Shown: positions 48,563-62,395, counted from the first letter of the stretch. The stretch is DNA of 64,000 nt from Vicugna vicugna (GCA_013265495.1 MU058337.1:1108777-1172776), one strand, 5' to 3'. A program made the numbers and translations. The notes: a model not told the origin generated them from the letters alone.

Positions 48563-50599
48563 TGATACTTACCAAGATGGCGGTACACCCAGATGGACTC
48601 AGCCAGTCTGGTGTCATTGAGATAAATTTCTAAACTTGAGAATTATTGTGGTTATTTTGCTTCTGAAACTGCTCAGAGGCAGCACAGACTCTCACAGGAG
48701 GCAAATTTCCATCCTGGTGCGTAGGAGCCAGTGTGTTCAGGGCCCTTAATCCATGACAGAAACTGCACAAAGTACTTCGCAATGAATAGGTTCTGCAGAG
48801 AATTTAACAAATCAGTTATTCTGGGTCTTGTAATTACTCTCTTTTATTCAGCCACCGCTCCCCCAGTTCTATCATTTCTGTTTGACAACTTAAAAAAAAA
48901 TAGCCTATCTTTCTTCTTTTCATAGTTTAATGTCAGCTAGAGTTTGAGATGCCCCCTTTCTTTTCATTTATGCAAAGTTCTTCTTTTTTTTTCTGTATGT
49001 GAGACTACTGAGTTCAAGCAGTTAGCTGTAGAAAAAGCAATGAAAATTTTTATATTTCAATTGAACCGAACTGAAGATCCTAACCTGTGAATAAGTATAT
49101 GTCATTGATGGGTTAGAAATCGATGAAAAGGAACTACAGTGGAAACACTGTGGAAAGAACAGGCACTCTTTAGCAATCCTTAATGTCCAGATATTTATGG
49201 GAAGTATCCATGAATGTAAAACAAGGGTATTAGTCACCTCTTTGTATGATTAGGGGAAATGGCCAGAAAGGAGCCAGTTAATAAAAAAAGTAAGAAAGAA
49301 AGAAAGAAAATTAAAAAGTCCAGTGGTGAGAAATTGAACATATCAACCATGAAATTGTGTTAATTTGATAATTAGAGTGTCTTAGTTCAAATGTAGATCC
49401 CGGACACTTAACAAAATGGTGACAAAATAATTAGGAATGAAGGCGTATTATACACACATTAATAGCAGAAACGGATGAAGTATAAAGCTCCCTTCAAGAA
49501 AACGTGTTTTGAACAGCACAGAGCAATTATGTACAGACTTGATATGATTTCATCATTCAAAGAGGATCTGGGAAGAAAGACAAGGAGCCTTTCCAGTTGG
49601 GTTGAGCTCTGAAGGGCACAGTCAGAAGCAGAGGAGGAAGGGAAGATGAAAGAGGAGGACGGGGATGCGGAAAACTAACAAATGAAGAGAGATGAGCACC
49701 ACGAAAGCCTGCGTCGTGGCCCCTCCCCCTCATGTTTAATTTTCTGATTCTCTTTGCTTTGGCTCTTTCTCCTTCTCACCTTTATTCTCTCACACTTTGG
49801 CCGCCTTTAAGATGTTCTCGAGTCTCTTTGTATATTTAATCTCCACTCCTTTCTCTCCTTTCTTCTCATAAAAACCTTCATTAAGGCAAGAAAACTCTTG
49901 AGAAAGATGAAAATGAATGGTTTAATTTTTATTCCAAATTCAAAAGGTGGGGATGAGGAAAGGAAGCCAATGCATTATTTCTTTACAGCTCAGGCGGGAT
50001 GGCAGCCTTAGGAGACAACAGCAGAGCAGGGGATAGAAACAGAGGTCTTTTACGGAAAAAGGTAATTCATTACAACGCCTGTTGTTCTGACGCCGGTATT
50101 TGTAGTCTCAGCCAGGTAACTGGGTTCTCTTGCTTTGTCTTTTTTCCTTGAGGAGTTTAAATTTTTTCCTTTCATAGCTATAATACAAAGATGAGTCAGT
50201 GGCCCAGTTTTTTAAAAAGTAGATTTTTTTTTAAACATAGTTTACAGTACAGTTAGAAATGAAATGGCCCCAATTCATTCCAGGGTCTTCTCTGGTGCAT
50301 AAAACATCCAGGGAATGCATGTAACTGCTAATTTTGAATGAGGAAGGGAAAAAGGCAACTATATGTTATAATATTATATCACACATCAAAGTCATTTTAT
50401 TCATCAAGGCGTTTTAGATCATCAAAACAATCATTTCACTTATCACCCCGCAGCCATCCCTGGTGCTCAGCGTTGTTATTCATTATCTTGATGATAGGTT
50501 CTTTATTATTTCTATTTTTATTATTATTATGCACATAAAGCAATTGAAGTTAAATCATTTTTGTCAGGTCATTCAAGTCATACATTTTTAGACCAGAAA

Positions 50600-50725
50600 A
50601 GATCAATGTCTTTATCTTGCACAAGAGGCACGGGGGTGCAGAGAAATTAAGTGCCTCGCCCAAGTCACACTGCTAATAAGATGCAAACCTCGGGCTAAAA
50701 GTCAGGTCTCCTAGAGTGCTCTGGT
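50600..50725 (-). mobile_element. MIR SINE
   Basis: GCAGAGAAATTAAGTGCCTCGCCCAAGTCACACTGCTAATAAG. Confidence 0.7.
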
Positions 50726-51075
50726 ACCAATCTGTCTTTTATTTAGCCCCACAATGAGCCAACCAGCATGGAAATGCAGATATTTTATACACGTCTGCAT
50801 TGCTTTTAACTAGGCTGCGCAGCAGAGAACTCTGGCATACAAACTACTTGGGAAGGTGCTGGCCCTCCTGAGGCGTCACGAGTCGTAAGGGTTAGGTAGT
50901 TATGGGACGTCAAGGCCGGCCCTCGGCCTCGCTAAAGCACCCCCAGCATTTCAGGAATTGTGTAAATTCGCCAGGATAGCAATTAGTAACGGATGATGGA
51001 GAAGCAGTCTCAAATTTGGTCCATTCGTTCCTGACCTTCTCACAGCAGTTGCTGAATGCAACTGACACTCCCTTC

Positions 51076-51223
51076 TGTTTTTTGTTATTTTATTTTATTT
51101 ACTTATTTTTATTGAAGTAGAGTCAGTTTTCAGTGTTGTGTCATTTCTGGTGCACAGCATCATGTTTCAGTCACGCATATACACACACGTCTTTGCTTTC
51201 ATCTTCTTTTTCATTACAGGTTC
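51076..51223 (-). mobile_element. camelid-type L1 3' end with TSD
   Basis: T-rich tail, then ATTGAAGTAGAGTCAGTTTTCAGTGTTGTGTCATTTCTGGTGCACAGCATC. TSD CTGACACTCCCTTC (51062-51075) / CTGGCACTCCCTCC (51224-51237). Confidence 0.87.
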
Positions 51224-51564
51224 CTGGCACTCCCTCCTTCACGCTCCCATCCCTGGTCAGAACTCAGATTTACTTCCAAGCTGGTACCTCAATAACCATC
51301 CCGCATATTTTCTTAAAGATAAGAGTGTGATCTCATGTGCTGTCCCGTGAGGACGTGGAGACTTTGAGGCAGGCGGTGGGCATCTGTTCGACAATTTTTT
51401 CACGGTCAAGCCTGAAAGCGGATGCAAACCACAAGTATGGCCAAAAAAGAGAGCAAATCCCTATTAATATTCCCCATAATCAATCTTCATAGAGGTGTTT
51501 TGTTTCTATGGCGCTTCCCAGACAAAACTGATTAAAGACTGCAAGAAGGTTCATTTTCTAATAC

Positions 51565-51740
51565 TTCCTTATTACTTTCCTCTGGTGGCTTCAAGCAAGT
51601 GATCTAACCTTTTTGGGCTCAGTCTCCTCTTCTGTAAAATGAGGCTGAAAACAGTACTGACCTCAAAGGCCAGTTGTAGGGTTTAAATGAGTCAAAATTC
51701 AAAACCCTTAGAGCAGCGACTAGCACGAGGTCAGTCCCAA
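51565..51740 (+). mobile_element. MIR SINE
   Basis: GCAAGTGATCTAACCTTTTTGGGCTCAGTCTCCTCTTCTGTAAAATGAGG..AGGGTTTAAATGAG. Confidence 0.85.
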
Positions 51741-54700
51741 ACACCAGCTGCTGCCTGCTTTTCCCGGGAAGAATACTAAAGTGGTAGATGAAGTATCAAA
51801 CAACTTCTAGGTTCTCTTTTTAGAATAATCTGACCTGGTTAGTCACGAACAACAGACCGACCACAGTGAACGGTCTGTATTTTTCATAAGAAACCTGACA
51901 GCCTTCCGCGCCCCAGGTTGTCTGGGCCACACACTAACTTTCAGTCCCACGTGCACAGGACGTCGCCCCAGTAATGGGGGAATTTGAACTCAGATCTCGG
52001 TCGTTCAGTCTCAGAACTCAATCTGATGCTCTCAGAGACGGATGGCTGTCACATTTGAGACCAGCGTTCCTTGGAAAGAGTTAACATTTGGGGGTTATCT
52101 TTATTATAGAAATTACTACTCTCACTGTTTTATTCATTAATATTTTAATATGTTTATGATGAGACGCAACCCAAACCAATTTCCAAATCAAATCTGTCCC
52201 TCAGTAATTTCATTTGTTGGAACAGAGAACAAAAGCATTACCAACAGGGTAGTTTGAATGAAATTCTAATTAATTAGGCATATGAATGCACTGGCTAATT
52301 CTGGATGAGTAATTAGATGACTAATTACGTTGAAAACAGAGCTGTGTGCTTAATGAGATGACCATGGCCAATTGTACCCACAGAGAATTTCTTTCTGTTA
52401 GTTAAACTTGTGATTGTTCTTGATGAGCCAGGGTTACCTGTTGCACAAAGTTATTTCGAGCCTGTTTTGATTGACAGTTTCCACTCTTCACCCACAATTA
52501 AGGCTTCTTTCCAAAACATGTGTTCCATGACTGTGCTTTGCTGATTTCTTGATATTCCATTTCTTTCCTTTCACAGGCACACATCTCCCACCACCACCTG
52601 AATCCCAAGATAATTGCTTTAAGTTTCTAAATATAGTGATCGTTCATTATTTCCACTTAAGTTTCAGAATCTACCCAGTGATAAATTAAATGAGAAGAGA
52701 AATAACACACTGATTGGGCTACAGATAAATCTTCATCCATCCTGGAGAACTATCTGCGCTGGCAGTTTCTCCTTTGAAAGGGCTCTGTCTGCGATCGGCG
52801 CAGACCACAGGCAGCCTTCAAGCATTCAGAAGTTCCGCTACAGGCAGCTGGTTCTAACTAGCACCTATTCGGCAGAAAGCTGCACTCAGGATTTCTGGTT
52901 TTAAGTTCAAACCAATATTTCATAGCAATTGTGTTGTCAGAATTCAGGTCAGGGAGACGGCCGATGTTAATTTAAACCAAAGAAGCAAAAACAAGCTCTT
53001 TTCACTTTTTCTTTTTTTTTTAATCACAGAATTGGCAGCTCTATACAAATTCTGAACACAGAGGAACCTGCAGCTGGCAGGAGAATCGCAGGGCGGAGGA
53101 GACCTTTCCAGGTACTTTGGTGTCTAGTGAACGCTGAATAGATTCTAAAATCAGACAGATAATTTAATGGTGGGAAAATTGATGGTCTTTGTCACAAAAC
53201 AACACTTGATTTTCTTTATTCTAAAACGGAAGCTGAAAACAATAATGATCCCAGTTTGTATGAAAATGCTTGACCTGGTCCATAGCATTCAGTGAGCCAG
53301 ACGGTGAGATCAGCCCCCAGGGAAAGGCGTTTATCTGGGTCTGCTCTTCCCTCCTAGGCCTCAAATCTACTCCACGGCTGAAACTCAAGATTCTCCGTTC
53401 TTTGACAGTAAATGCAAAATTGCTGGAAAAGCCTACGAATCTACGTGAATGTCTCTGTTCTGGGGGCATTTGTGTGTATGTAACTCGGGACTTTACATGT
53501 GCCCTGCCCTTCACCTGCTTTTACAGTTTCAAAAGGCTAAGAAAGACCCAACACGGAATGTCTTCCTGATAAAGATTCCTATCTTTACCTTAAAAGAGAA
53601 TTATGATTCGACCATAAAATCACTTGAACTCATCATTCAGAATTCTTCAGGCTGTTCAGGGCTCAATCTACTGAAATGGCAATTTTTTTTCATACTGAAG
53701 GAGTTATTTTAAAATGATCTGCTGCAATCTTCAAATCAGTCACCAATTATTTGAGCAGCGTTTGAAGATTATCAAGCAGAACTACCTGTCCGATCAATGT
53801 TTGTTTCCGTGAGACCCATAAACGACGTGCACCCTGCTTCCTTTTATAGCTCCCTTGTTGACCAAACATTCTTACAGAGATTGACCGTCACCACCAAGCA
53901 GGTCTCAGGTCTGTTATGTGATAAACTTATCTGGTCTGCTGTTTCATTTGGGTTGTTTTTGCTGACGTGTTCCTTGCCCAGCAAAGCTTTCAGGAATGTG
54001 GGTTCTCGACTGGAGGATACTGAGACTTATTTACCTTAGATCAGGCACTTTGGAAGGTCCTGCTTAAGCGATCCCGTTGTGTGTCCGCATCCTGCCCGGA
54101 AGAGGTCACTTTGGATGTCATAGTTTGCTGGTCCTCATTTCCATGCAGGTGCTGTTAAACCTCAGGAAAATAGAGACCCTTGGCTTCTGCCAGTTTAACC
54201 TACAGACAAAAAATAGAAGCTGTCACTGTGGTTTGTTTACTCCTCAATGAGAAAAAAATTTTTAAGAAAAAACACTTTGGGAGAGAAATTTAGGCTCTAC
54301 AAAGGACTTTATGCGGAAATGTAGGCCGATTTGGAAATTCACAGAATGAAATCCTACGGATTCCTTAGCTTGTCCTCTTTTCATGGTAGCTTTTCCCGGG
54401 TTTTGCAAATCGATGTGCTCTGCTTTAGATGCTTTGTTAACAGTGGCTCCCACTTCCAGGAGGCTAGGCACTGTTTCCTTCCTGCACTGGAGATTTATTA
54501 GAAAAACTGATACTGTGTCAGAGAAGCTGAAAATAGAACAAAACAAAGGGAATCAAAAGAACCATTTCTTTTCATTTTTTACAGGTATTACTTTAGGAGC
54601 CAACGATCTGCACGCTGTCACAGCTTTGGAATAGTCTGTCCCTGGCATCCGCGCCTGTCTCTGTGCACATGTTGCACGTAGCAGGGAAATAGGAGGAGCA

Positions 54701-57609
54701 CCCGACTCTAAGACTGTTTACTTAGTGCAGTCCATAAATCAGGGATTCTGTTACAAAAAAGCTAGCAAGCATTTACTGAGTGTCCTTCATGTGCGCTGAG
54801 CATACGTTTGGTCCTGTGGAACAAAAATGCCAGCAAGTCAAGAGAAAGAAAAAAGGGTTTGCAATGTATGGCTGACCTACTAGCCTATGTGGGTATGTAA
54901 ATGTATGTTGCGTACATGCCCTGTGTATGAGTGTGTATGTTTGCATGTGTGTCTATGCATATGTATATATTCCATCTTTGCTGAAAGCATACACTTTTTA
55001 AACTACAAATAATTCAGGTTAATGTCATTTTCCTCCAAATCTAAAGCAAAAACACTTTTGAATCGTTATGTTTGGTTTAACTCTTTCTACATCTGAGTCA
55101 TGTGTTGCTCATTAGGGAATTCTATTTGGTGATATAATTTGTGTTGAGAAATTTATTTCCCTAATTTCTTGCCTGACACAGTACACATTCTGTCAAAGCA
55201 AATGCATCAGATAGGTAGAACAGGTTTTACATTTTTGCCCTTAAATGAACTAACTGGGCTGGCTGTGTTTGTTTGACCTGCCAATATCTACTTTTTGGTC
55301 CTTTGCGGAAAGGACATTAATTCACGTTGGCCACAGGGATTCGTGTTTCAATAGAGTAACTTCTGTAGGTAGCACTGCATGATTTAGAATGCGAAGTGTG
55401 TCTTCACTGCAGGTTATTTACATGAGCATCCACTGAAGTCAGTGTCCTCACTGCGGTGGGATTCCTTGGGCAAGTTACATGTCAGTACACATTCATAAAG
55501 CACGTGAGCTTCAAGGAAATGAATTGAAAAAAAGTCAAGATAAGGGTCTCACACTTTGTCTTTTACCAAAGGTTTTCAGATGTAGTTGGCCAGTGAGTTC
55601 TGCTGTTTCTAAAATCATTTAAACTAAGATTAGAATGACTTTATTATGCTTTATGCCTTTATAGTTTGTGGGGTTATGATAAAAGATCATGAAAACATAC
55701 ATGGGTACGATCTTTCTGATAACTTATTAACTACCCCCCAGTTAAGCTAACAGATCACAGAGGCTGTGAAGAAGAGGACAGATGTGAGGTCACTTTTATC
55801 CACATAAGGTCCAGGACTGTCACACTGATGTCAGGCACAGGCAGGTGGTGCTGAAGGGTAACTCTGGGGTGGACGCTACCCAATGCAAAGATGTGGTTTC
55901 TCAAAAAGCAAATTCAGTTAAATGGCTGTACACTATTAACATCTCATGAATTGAAATGTCTAAGAGCCAACTGTCAGTTCTAAACTAAATATGGAGAAAT
56001 AGAGATGAAAAAACATGAGGCTGGTTTCTGATTTCCATCCTTTGTTTCGAATAGACCTTAACACCCTCTCCCATCACATGTAATCCCATCAGAGGATTAG
56101 TATCATCAGCGCAATTTTGATTTCACTACCGCATCTCTGTCCACTCACGAGAGCCGTGAAGAAGTACGCGGTCCAAGGTCAGTGTCAGTGCAGCTGTGGA
56201 GGTTCCTCTACCAAGGCAAAATTGTGATTAACTCAAGATGGCTCACACGCCCTCATTAGCTCAGGCTGGGAGCACAGGCAGCTGGGTCACAGCTGGGAGG
56301 CACCTGGCTCTCCACCCATCCAGCACTGAGCCCCGCTTGCCACTTTGGAACTGTCGCCCTTCCGCGTGGGTGAGGTGAAGGGGAGGCTGGGAACAAGTTT
56401 CAGAAGTTGAACTCTTCCCTCCACACCAGGTGGCCACATAACAAATGCCATCCCCTGTGGATCTAAAGTATCCATTTCCAACAGGAATTCTTCAAAGCGG
56501 TGATAGGCAACGTTACTTCCCCCACCCCCCAAAATTTTTAAAGCCCATATATCATGAATGTATTTCAAATGTTTCAAAAATATTGTTTTTATAACAATTA
56601 AATTTTGCCTGCAAGCCTTGTCAGTTGAAATAAAGGTAGTTAAATCCTGTATTTGTAAACAAGTTTTAACCATGTGTTTTATACAGGCAGAAACAGTGAA
56701 AGTACATGATAAGGATTTGTTTATTACCCTGTATGCACTTAGCCAAGAGATCTCAAAGAGTCCGGAGCAACAAGGCTACAGTGCGGTCAACTAGGGATCA
56801 AAGGAATGTAGCGAATTCTTGAAACGTAAACCGAGGACAAGCTTGAGATCACGCCAGTCCAGGTCTGGAAACAAATTGTTTAGATGAGTCTTAGAACTCA
56901 GCATTCCAGGAAGGCGGGGAATGTGGGAAAATGTGCCGTTCCTTCCCTCAGAGAAGCAAATGGTCCAGGATGGGAAAAAGTCATGCCCGCGAGAAACACA
57001 ATGGGAAGAGAGAAACCAGTAGTTAGAAGAGGGTGGTTTGATCTGAGGACAACCGTGTCTGTGCTACCAACACTTAACAACCATGTGAAATAGTTCAAAT
57101 CAGAATACCCGCATTACTACGCTCATACCTTCTTTTTTATCTACTAGGTTACTGGTTGATTGTAAAAGGGTGTAACTCGGGAAGAGCTGGGCGGAGAGAG
57201 GCCGAGGGCAAGGCGTGGGCTTTCCCTGGGGCTCCCCTCTCCCGGAACCGCCACAGAACCCGGAAGCCCCCGCTTACAGCTTTACCACAGAAGCACCGTG
57301 CTCCCCCCACTGCTGTCATGTATCGAGTTGTGCGCAACTTCTACCACAAACAACCGTGAGACAACGGAACAGCTGTTACTCTGCCCATTTTACAGGTGAA
57401 GACACAGAGGATCACAGAAGCCTGGCAGCCGTCCTGGGCAGTTCTCGAGGGCACTGCTTACACCGCAACCACCGACCGACCTTCTTAAGACACCAAAGTG
57501 GGTTAGTGACAGATGTGGATCTTGCTGGCAAAACTCACAACACAGCCATTAGAGTTACACGGGCATTTGCCTGCCGGGGGCTTTCGTCCTGATCACTATC
57601 CTCATCCTC

Positions 57610-57750
57610 ACTTATTTCCTTTGTGCCTCTATTTTCTAATCTTCAATATAGGATAATAGTATTGTTTCACACATTTGCTGTGAGGATTAATGAGGCATGG
57701 ACGCAGAGCACTGAGTACAAAATAGACATTCAATAAACAGTTGCACTTAT
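57610..57750 (+). mobile_element. MIR SINE
   Basis: TGTGCCTCTATTTTCTAATC..AGGATAATAGTA..GCTGTGAGGATTAATGAG..CATTCAATAAA. An antisense MIR core is at about 57370-57420. Confidence 0.75.
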
Positions 57751-58562
57751 GTCAACGTAACCACCTAAGAACGCATGTTTACTGATTTCTAGGTGAGAAT
57801 TCGTTCCAATACATCAATCTGTTTTTTCTAACATGAACTGATTCCATATAGCTGTATCATTTAAGCTGAGATTTTACGTGTAAACACAAACTGACACACA
57901 AGGTCACCCACCCACACAAGAAATTTATGCAAACTTACATATACAGAACTTCAAAAAAATCTATAAGAAAGTTTGCCCATTTGGAATTTGCATAGTAATT
58001 TTTCTGAAGAACAAAAATTGTGCTGTTGTAAAAGCTTAACTATTATTCCATTTTTTTGAGCAGTCTAATTATGAGTTTTATACATTTCTTTCACTAAATT
58101 ATGTCCAAAAAATTTGTAACAAACACTGAAACTAGTATGTTTTTAAAAAAGTTATTTCCTCTCAAAACTATGTGCTACGGGCTTTTTAAAGAAAACGTTG
58201 CAAGTTTAACTTACTTAAACCAAAGATAATAAAATTAATTTAAAAAGTTAACTTCTAATAGGAAGTATATCTACCTATGACTTCTATATATTGGAATAGG
58301 GGGGAGGAAAATTTTTCATCTTGAAAGTGTTCCTCTTAGCTGTGATAATGTAAGTTTTCAATAAATAATCTCTTCTGAAGAAGTTCAGTCAGATGCAAAA
58401 GTACCCAAGATGTGTATGATTAAAAAGTAAAAGCCTATCCATCAATGTGCATTCGAGGTTTTTCTGGTACGCCCGAAATAAATCCCTTCCAGATTTTGTA
58501 CATTCTTCCTGTTCCCCAAAGAGCACAGTATTTTTCATTTATTCTTTGTTCCCCCTTTATTC

Positions 58563-59810
58563 ATGTCTTCATTCAGTCATTCAACAAGTATACACTGAGC
58601 AAAGAGCAGTGATGATACGTGCCAGGGGCTGGACAGGATACAGCCTTTGCTTTGGAGGGATTAAACATACGTGTAAGTTAAGACACATAAATACGCGAGA
58701 AACAGGGCATGACATGGCAGGAGTTAGTCTCTGGAAGAGGGAAAAGCACTTCTCGCAGGTGTCATGCAGGGACTTAGATGGAGAAGGAGCAGCTGGTCTG
58801 AGCAGGACAGGCAAGGATGAGCAACAGGCGTTCCAGGTTTAGCAGAGCTTAAGTAAGCTGAAGGAAGCCATACTATGAGGGGTGCAAAATAGGATTATAG
58901 ATGCTTAAGAATAGATTTTTGAAATCTTTTTTATCATTCATTTTGCCAGTATTTTTTGGGGGGTGCATATATGTGCTAGTCCCTTTACCCCCAGTGGCCG
59001 TACAACACCGGTAACACACAAGACACCTCTGCCCTCATAGAATTTACATTCTATGGTGGCCACTGGGGGAGGGGGAGACAGACACCACGTAAGTCCCTAA
59101 TGTATGTTAACTGTGTACATAGTGTGTCATATGAGGGCTGAAGTTTCTATATAAAGTGGTCAAGATGGTCTCGCTGAAGGGAAGTTTGAGTAACAACCAG
59201 CCAGCAAGAGGTGAAGTCGCAGCCCTAATGGTGGATGAGGGGAGAACGTTCCAGGTGGCAAGAACAGCACGTGCAAAGGCCCTGAGTTGGGAAGATCAGC
59301 AAAGGAGCCAGGGTAGCTGGAGAGGAGGGAGAGAGAGCTGGAGAAGAAGAGGGTGAGTTTAGAAACATGGAGGCAGTGGAGGCACAACTTGAAGAGGCAG
59401 CCATTTTTGAGGCTCTGGCTTTTACTTGAATTGGTGTGAGAAGTCTCAGAGGATTGAGCAGAGAGGAGTCATTCATGATCACTCAGCTCATCTACTGAGT
59501 GTGGATCCAGAGGAGTGAGGGGGAAGCCAAGGGAAGACCCTGGACGCTTCCGGGACGTCCAGCCAGTGTCATGGTGGTGGGGCCAGTGTGGTATGAACAG
59601 AGGTGCTGAAAAGAGTCAAGCTGTGGATACTTTGAAGGTAAGCTGATTGGATTCACTGTGAGAGGAAAAGAGACATCAAAGGCAACTCCATTTTAGACCC
59701 AAGCAGCTGAAAAGAAGGCGCTGTCATTAACTGGAACAGAGGACAGTGGGAGGAGCAGGTCTTTGGGGGTGAGGGCGCAGGAATATGGCTATTTTGGTGC
59801 CTGGTTGGTT
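58563..59810 (-). mobile_element. two L2 fragments (about 58563-58870 and 58930-59810)
   Basis: TTCATTCAGTCATTCAACAAGTATACACTGAGC tail; CTGCCCTCATAGAATTTACATTCTA; GTTCCAGGTGGCAAGAACAGCACGTGCAAAGGCCCTGAG; TTTGAAGGTAAGCTGATTGGATT. Confidence 0.85.
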
Positions 59811-61197
59811 TGAGTTAGTAATTCATTATTTACCCATATTCACTATGCTTAATAATTATGCTTTTTATTGTAGGATTAAGTCACAGAACCTACAAAAGAA
59901 GACTGTTTCATGAGCTGATAGTTAAGGAGTTTTACTTCTTTAAAGAACCCAATAGTGCCTGCATTAGTTACTGTATTTCATTTTGGTCGTTTTCTTTTTA
60001 GCATGACCCAGAAGTGATTAGAAGTTAGGAAACAGAGGTGGTGTACACAGAGAGAGAAGCTATCTGGGCAAAGCAGGCTAAGGGAATCCCACGACGCCAA
60101 AGCAAAAAGACCAGTTTCCAAAGGGTCCAGTCAGTTGCTGAAGGAGACGAAGCGCCCGTCAAGCCCCCGTGTAGCCAAAGTTCCCCCAAACCGACGGAGA
60201 AAGAAGGCGGCCTTAAAAAGAGAAAAAACATTCATTCCAGTCCGTCCCCCACACCGGAATTAAATCTTAAGTACCAATTCTGATTCCAGTATTTCAAACT
60301 CTGGCAACGTAAATTACGATGAGTGGCCCTGAGATTTAATAACCTGCCATTTACGACGCAGAGTGTCTCGTCACTATCGACAACCGAGCAGACGCGGAGC
60401 AACCGCCACCGCGCGGGAACCCGCGGCGCACGGCGCCCTGCGGCCTTCCCGGGCTAATGCACTCTAAATGATCTTAGATGCCTCTTTTTTCAGTTTTGTA
60501 AATGGCCAAGCATCTAATTACTGCCCTATTATTCGGCCAGTGTCGGACTTACATCAAGAAATGTGCATGTGCGTTTTCTAGAAGAAATCTTTACAGTATT
60601 TGATGGTCAACTCTTTGAAGCATGCGATTAAAACTTTCCTCTCGGAGGGTTTAATTATCAGTGCTGCAGTAACTGTTGTCACCTAAGCCTCATGCACCCT
60701 CAGGTATCATCCGTTAAATAGCTGAAACAACGCGGATGTAAAATATTATACACTCTCATTTCTGGTTTGACATGCTGCATTCTCTCATTCCTTAAATGTT
60801 CATCTTTTAACAGGAAATCATTGTCTAATTCATATTCAATTTTCTGCATATGGGGCTTTTTTCTAAATTAGAAATAGAAAATTACAAATTAATGAACAAT
60901 TGGATGAAGGGCTGCCTAAAGCCCATTTGCCATTAATGGGTTTGACCTCAGGAAAAACAAAAACAGAACAGCTTTTAGTCCATTAATTGCAAATTGTTGA
61001 TGCCAGCAACAGAAAAGAAGGAAGAAAATGATAAAATAAGAAAGCCTGATAAAATAAGAAAAAGAGAAAAAAGAATAGGGAGGGAAAAAAGGGAAGTCAA
61101 AACAATATAATTGTTCTCATGTTAACGTGGAGTGACCTGTAGGTGAACAGAGACCGAAGCTCAGCAGTGTTTGTCTCTGGCTTTAGTCTTGCTTCTT

Positions 61198-61482
61198 GCT
61201 GTGGACTGAATGTCTGTGTCCCCTCCCCTGTGCCCCTATGTGGAAGCCTTACTCCCCAACGTGATGGTATTTGGAGGTGGGACCTTTGGGAAATGAGTAG
61301 GTTTAGGTGAAGTCATGAGGGTGGGGCCCCCAGGATGGAAGCCGTGCCCTTATAAGAAGAGAAAGAGACACCAGTGCACTCTCTCCACCATGTGAGCCAC
61401 AGCGGGAAGGCGGCCATCCGCAAGCCCGGAAGAGGACCCTCACGGGTACCTGACCTTGCTGGCACCCTGATCTCAGACGCCC
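61198..61482 (+). mobile_element. MLT1A-type (ERVL-MaLR) LTR, 3'-truncated
   Basis: TGCTGTGGACTGAATGTCTGTGTCCC...GTGATGGTATTTGGAGGTGGGACCTTTGGG..TCATGAGGGTGGGGCCC..CCTTATAAGAAGAG..GCTGGCACCCTGATCTCAGAC. Confidence 0.92.
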
Positions 61483-62395
61483 AACTCTTCTTTGCCCCCC
61501 TGCACCCCAGGTCACCACCCCTGGCCTGCTCCTACAGTCCCCCCTGAAGGCCCCTGCAGCATGCTCGGCGCTTGCCCTGCTGCATGTGTGAAGCTTCAAA
61601 GGGCTGCATCCTGACCTCAGTGTACGTGGACCCAGGCACTGGGAGGGAGCAGTGATTTTTCCTTACTCTTGTGTGCATCGGCACACATACGCAGAGAAGC
61701 GTGCCCAAAAAGGCCTCAGACTCAGGGCAGGAAAGCCAAGGAGTGCTCTTCCACCCAGCACCCTTTCTGCAGACATCAGACGATAGGTGGTTAGTTTACC
61801 AGTCTTTACAGTGGCGCCCTGATAGAAACCATGACGTGAACATTCTTCCTATTCTGCATGGCTACTTGGAATATGTATTACTTTATCTCCCTCCAACAAA
61901 ACACATGATTCAATCTTCATTTTCACCATGTGTTCTAATCTGTGACTGTGTAACTCTGAGGATTAACTTCCAAGTGCTTTCTTAAAACAAAAGTAGTTCA
62001 AGTCTTGAGCCTCCAATATTTTGCTGCCCACCTGGGCAGCTTCAGTTTTAGTTCACATTTGGAGCTCGTCACAATCCAAAAACATTGCTCGTGTTAGGCT
62101 GAATGAGAGTGGCGGAGAGACACAGACTCATTCCTCGGTTTGCGATAAATTGAATGAACGTTATTACCTAACTTCCGCAATCCTGACACCATTGCAGTTG
62201 GATTTATCCGGTACTTCTTCTTAAAATCTAAAACATAGGCTGTTTCTTTATTTGATATTTTTTAAAAGATGAGAAAACAACTCGTGGGATGGAACTAAAT
62301 GTACACTGTATCATGCAGAGCTATGCTTAGCAGTTTCCTTAAATATAAACAAAGTGTCCGTCAATCTCTTTCCACATGAGTAACGGTCAAGATCT

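Noticed and set aside
55838..56436. Partial CTCF-like motifs (CAGGCAGGTGGTGCTG; ACACCAGGTGGCC)
   Set aside because: Each has several mismatches to the core consensus; not supportable without ChIP data.
60038..60283. Lys/Pro-rich 81-aa ORF after an AG acceptor
   Set aside because: Low-information peptide, GTG start, and no known homologue recognised.
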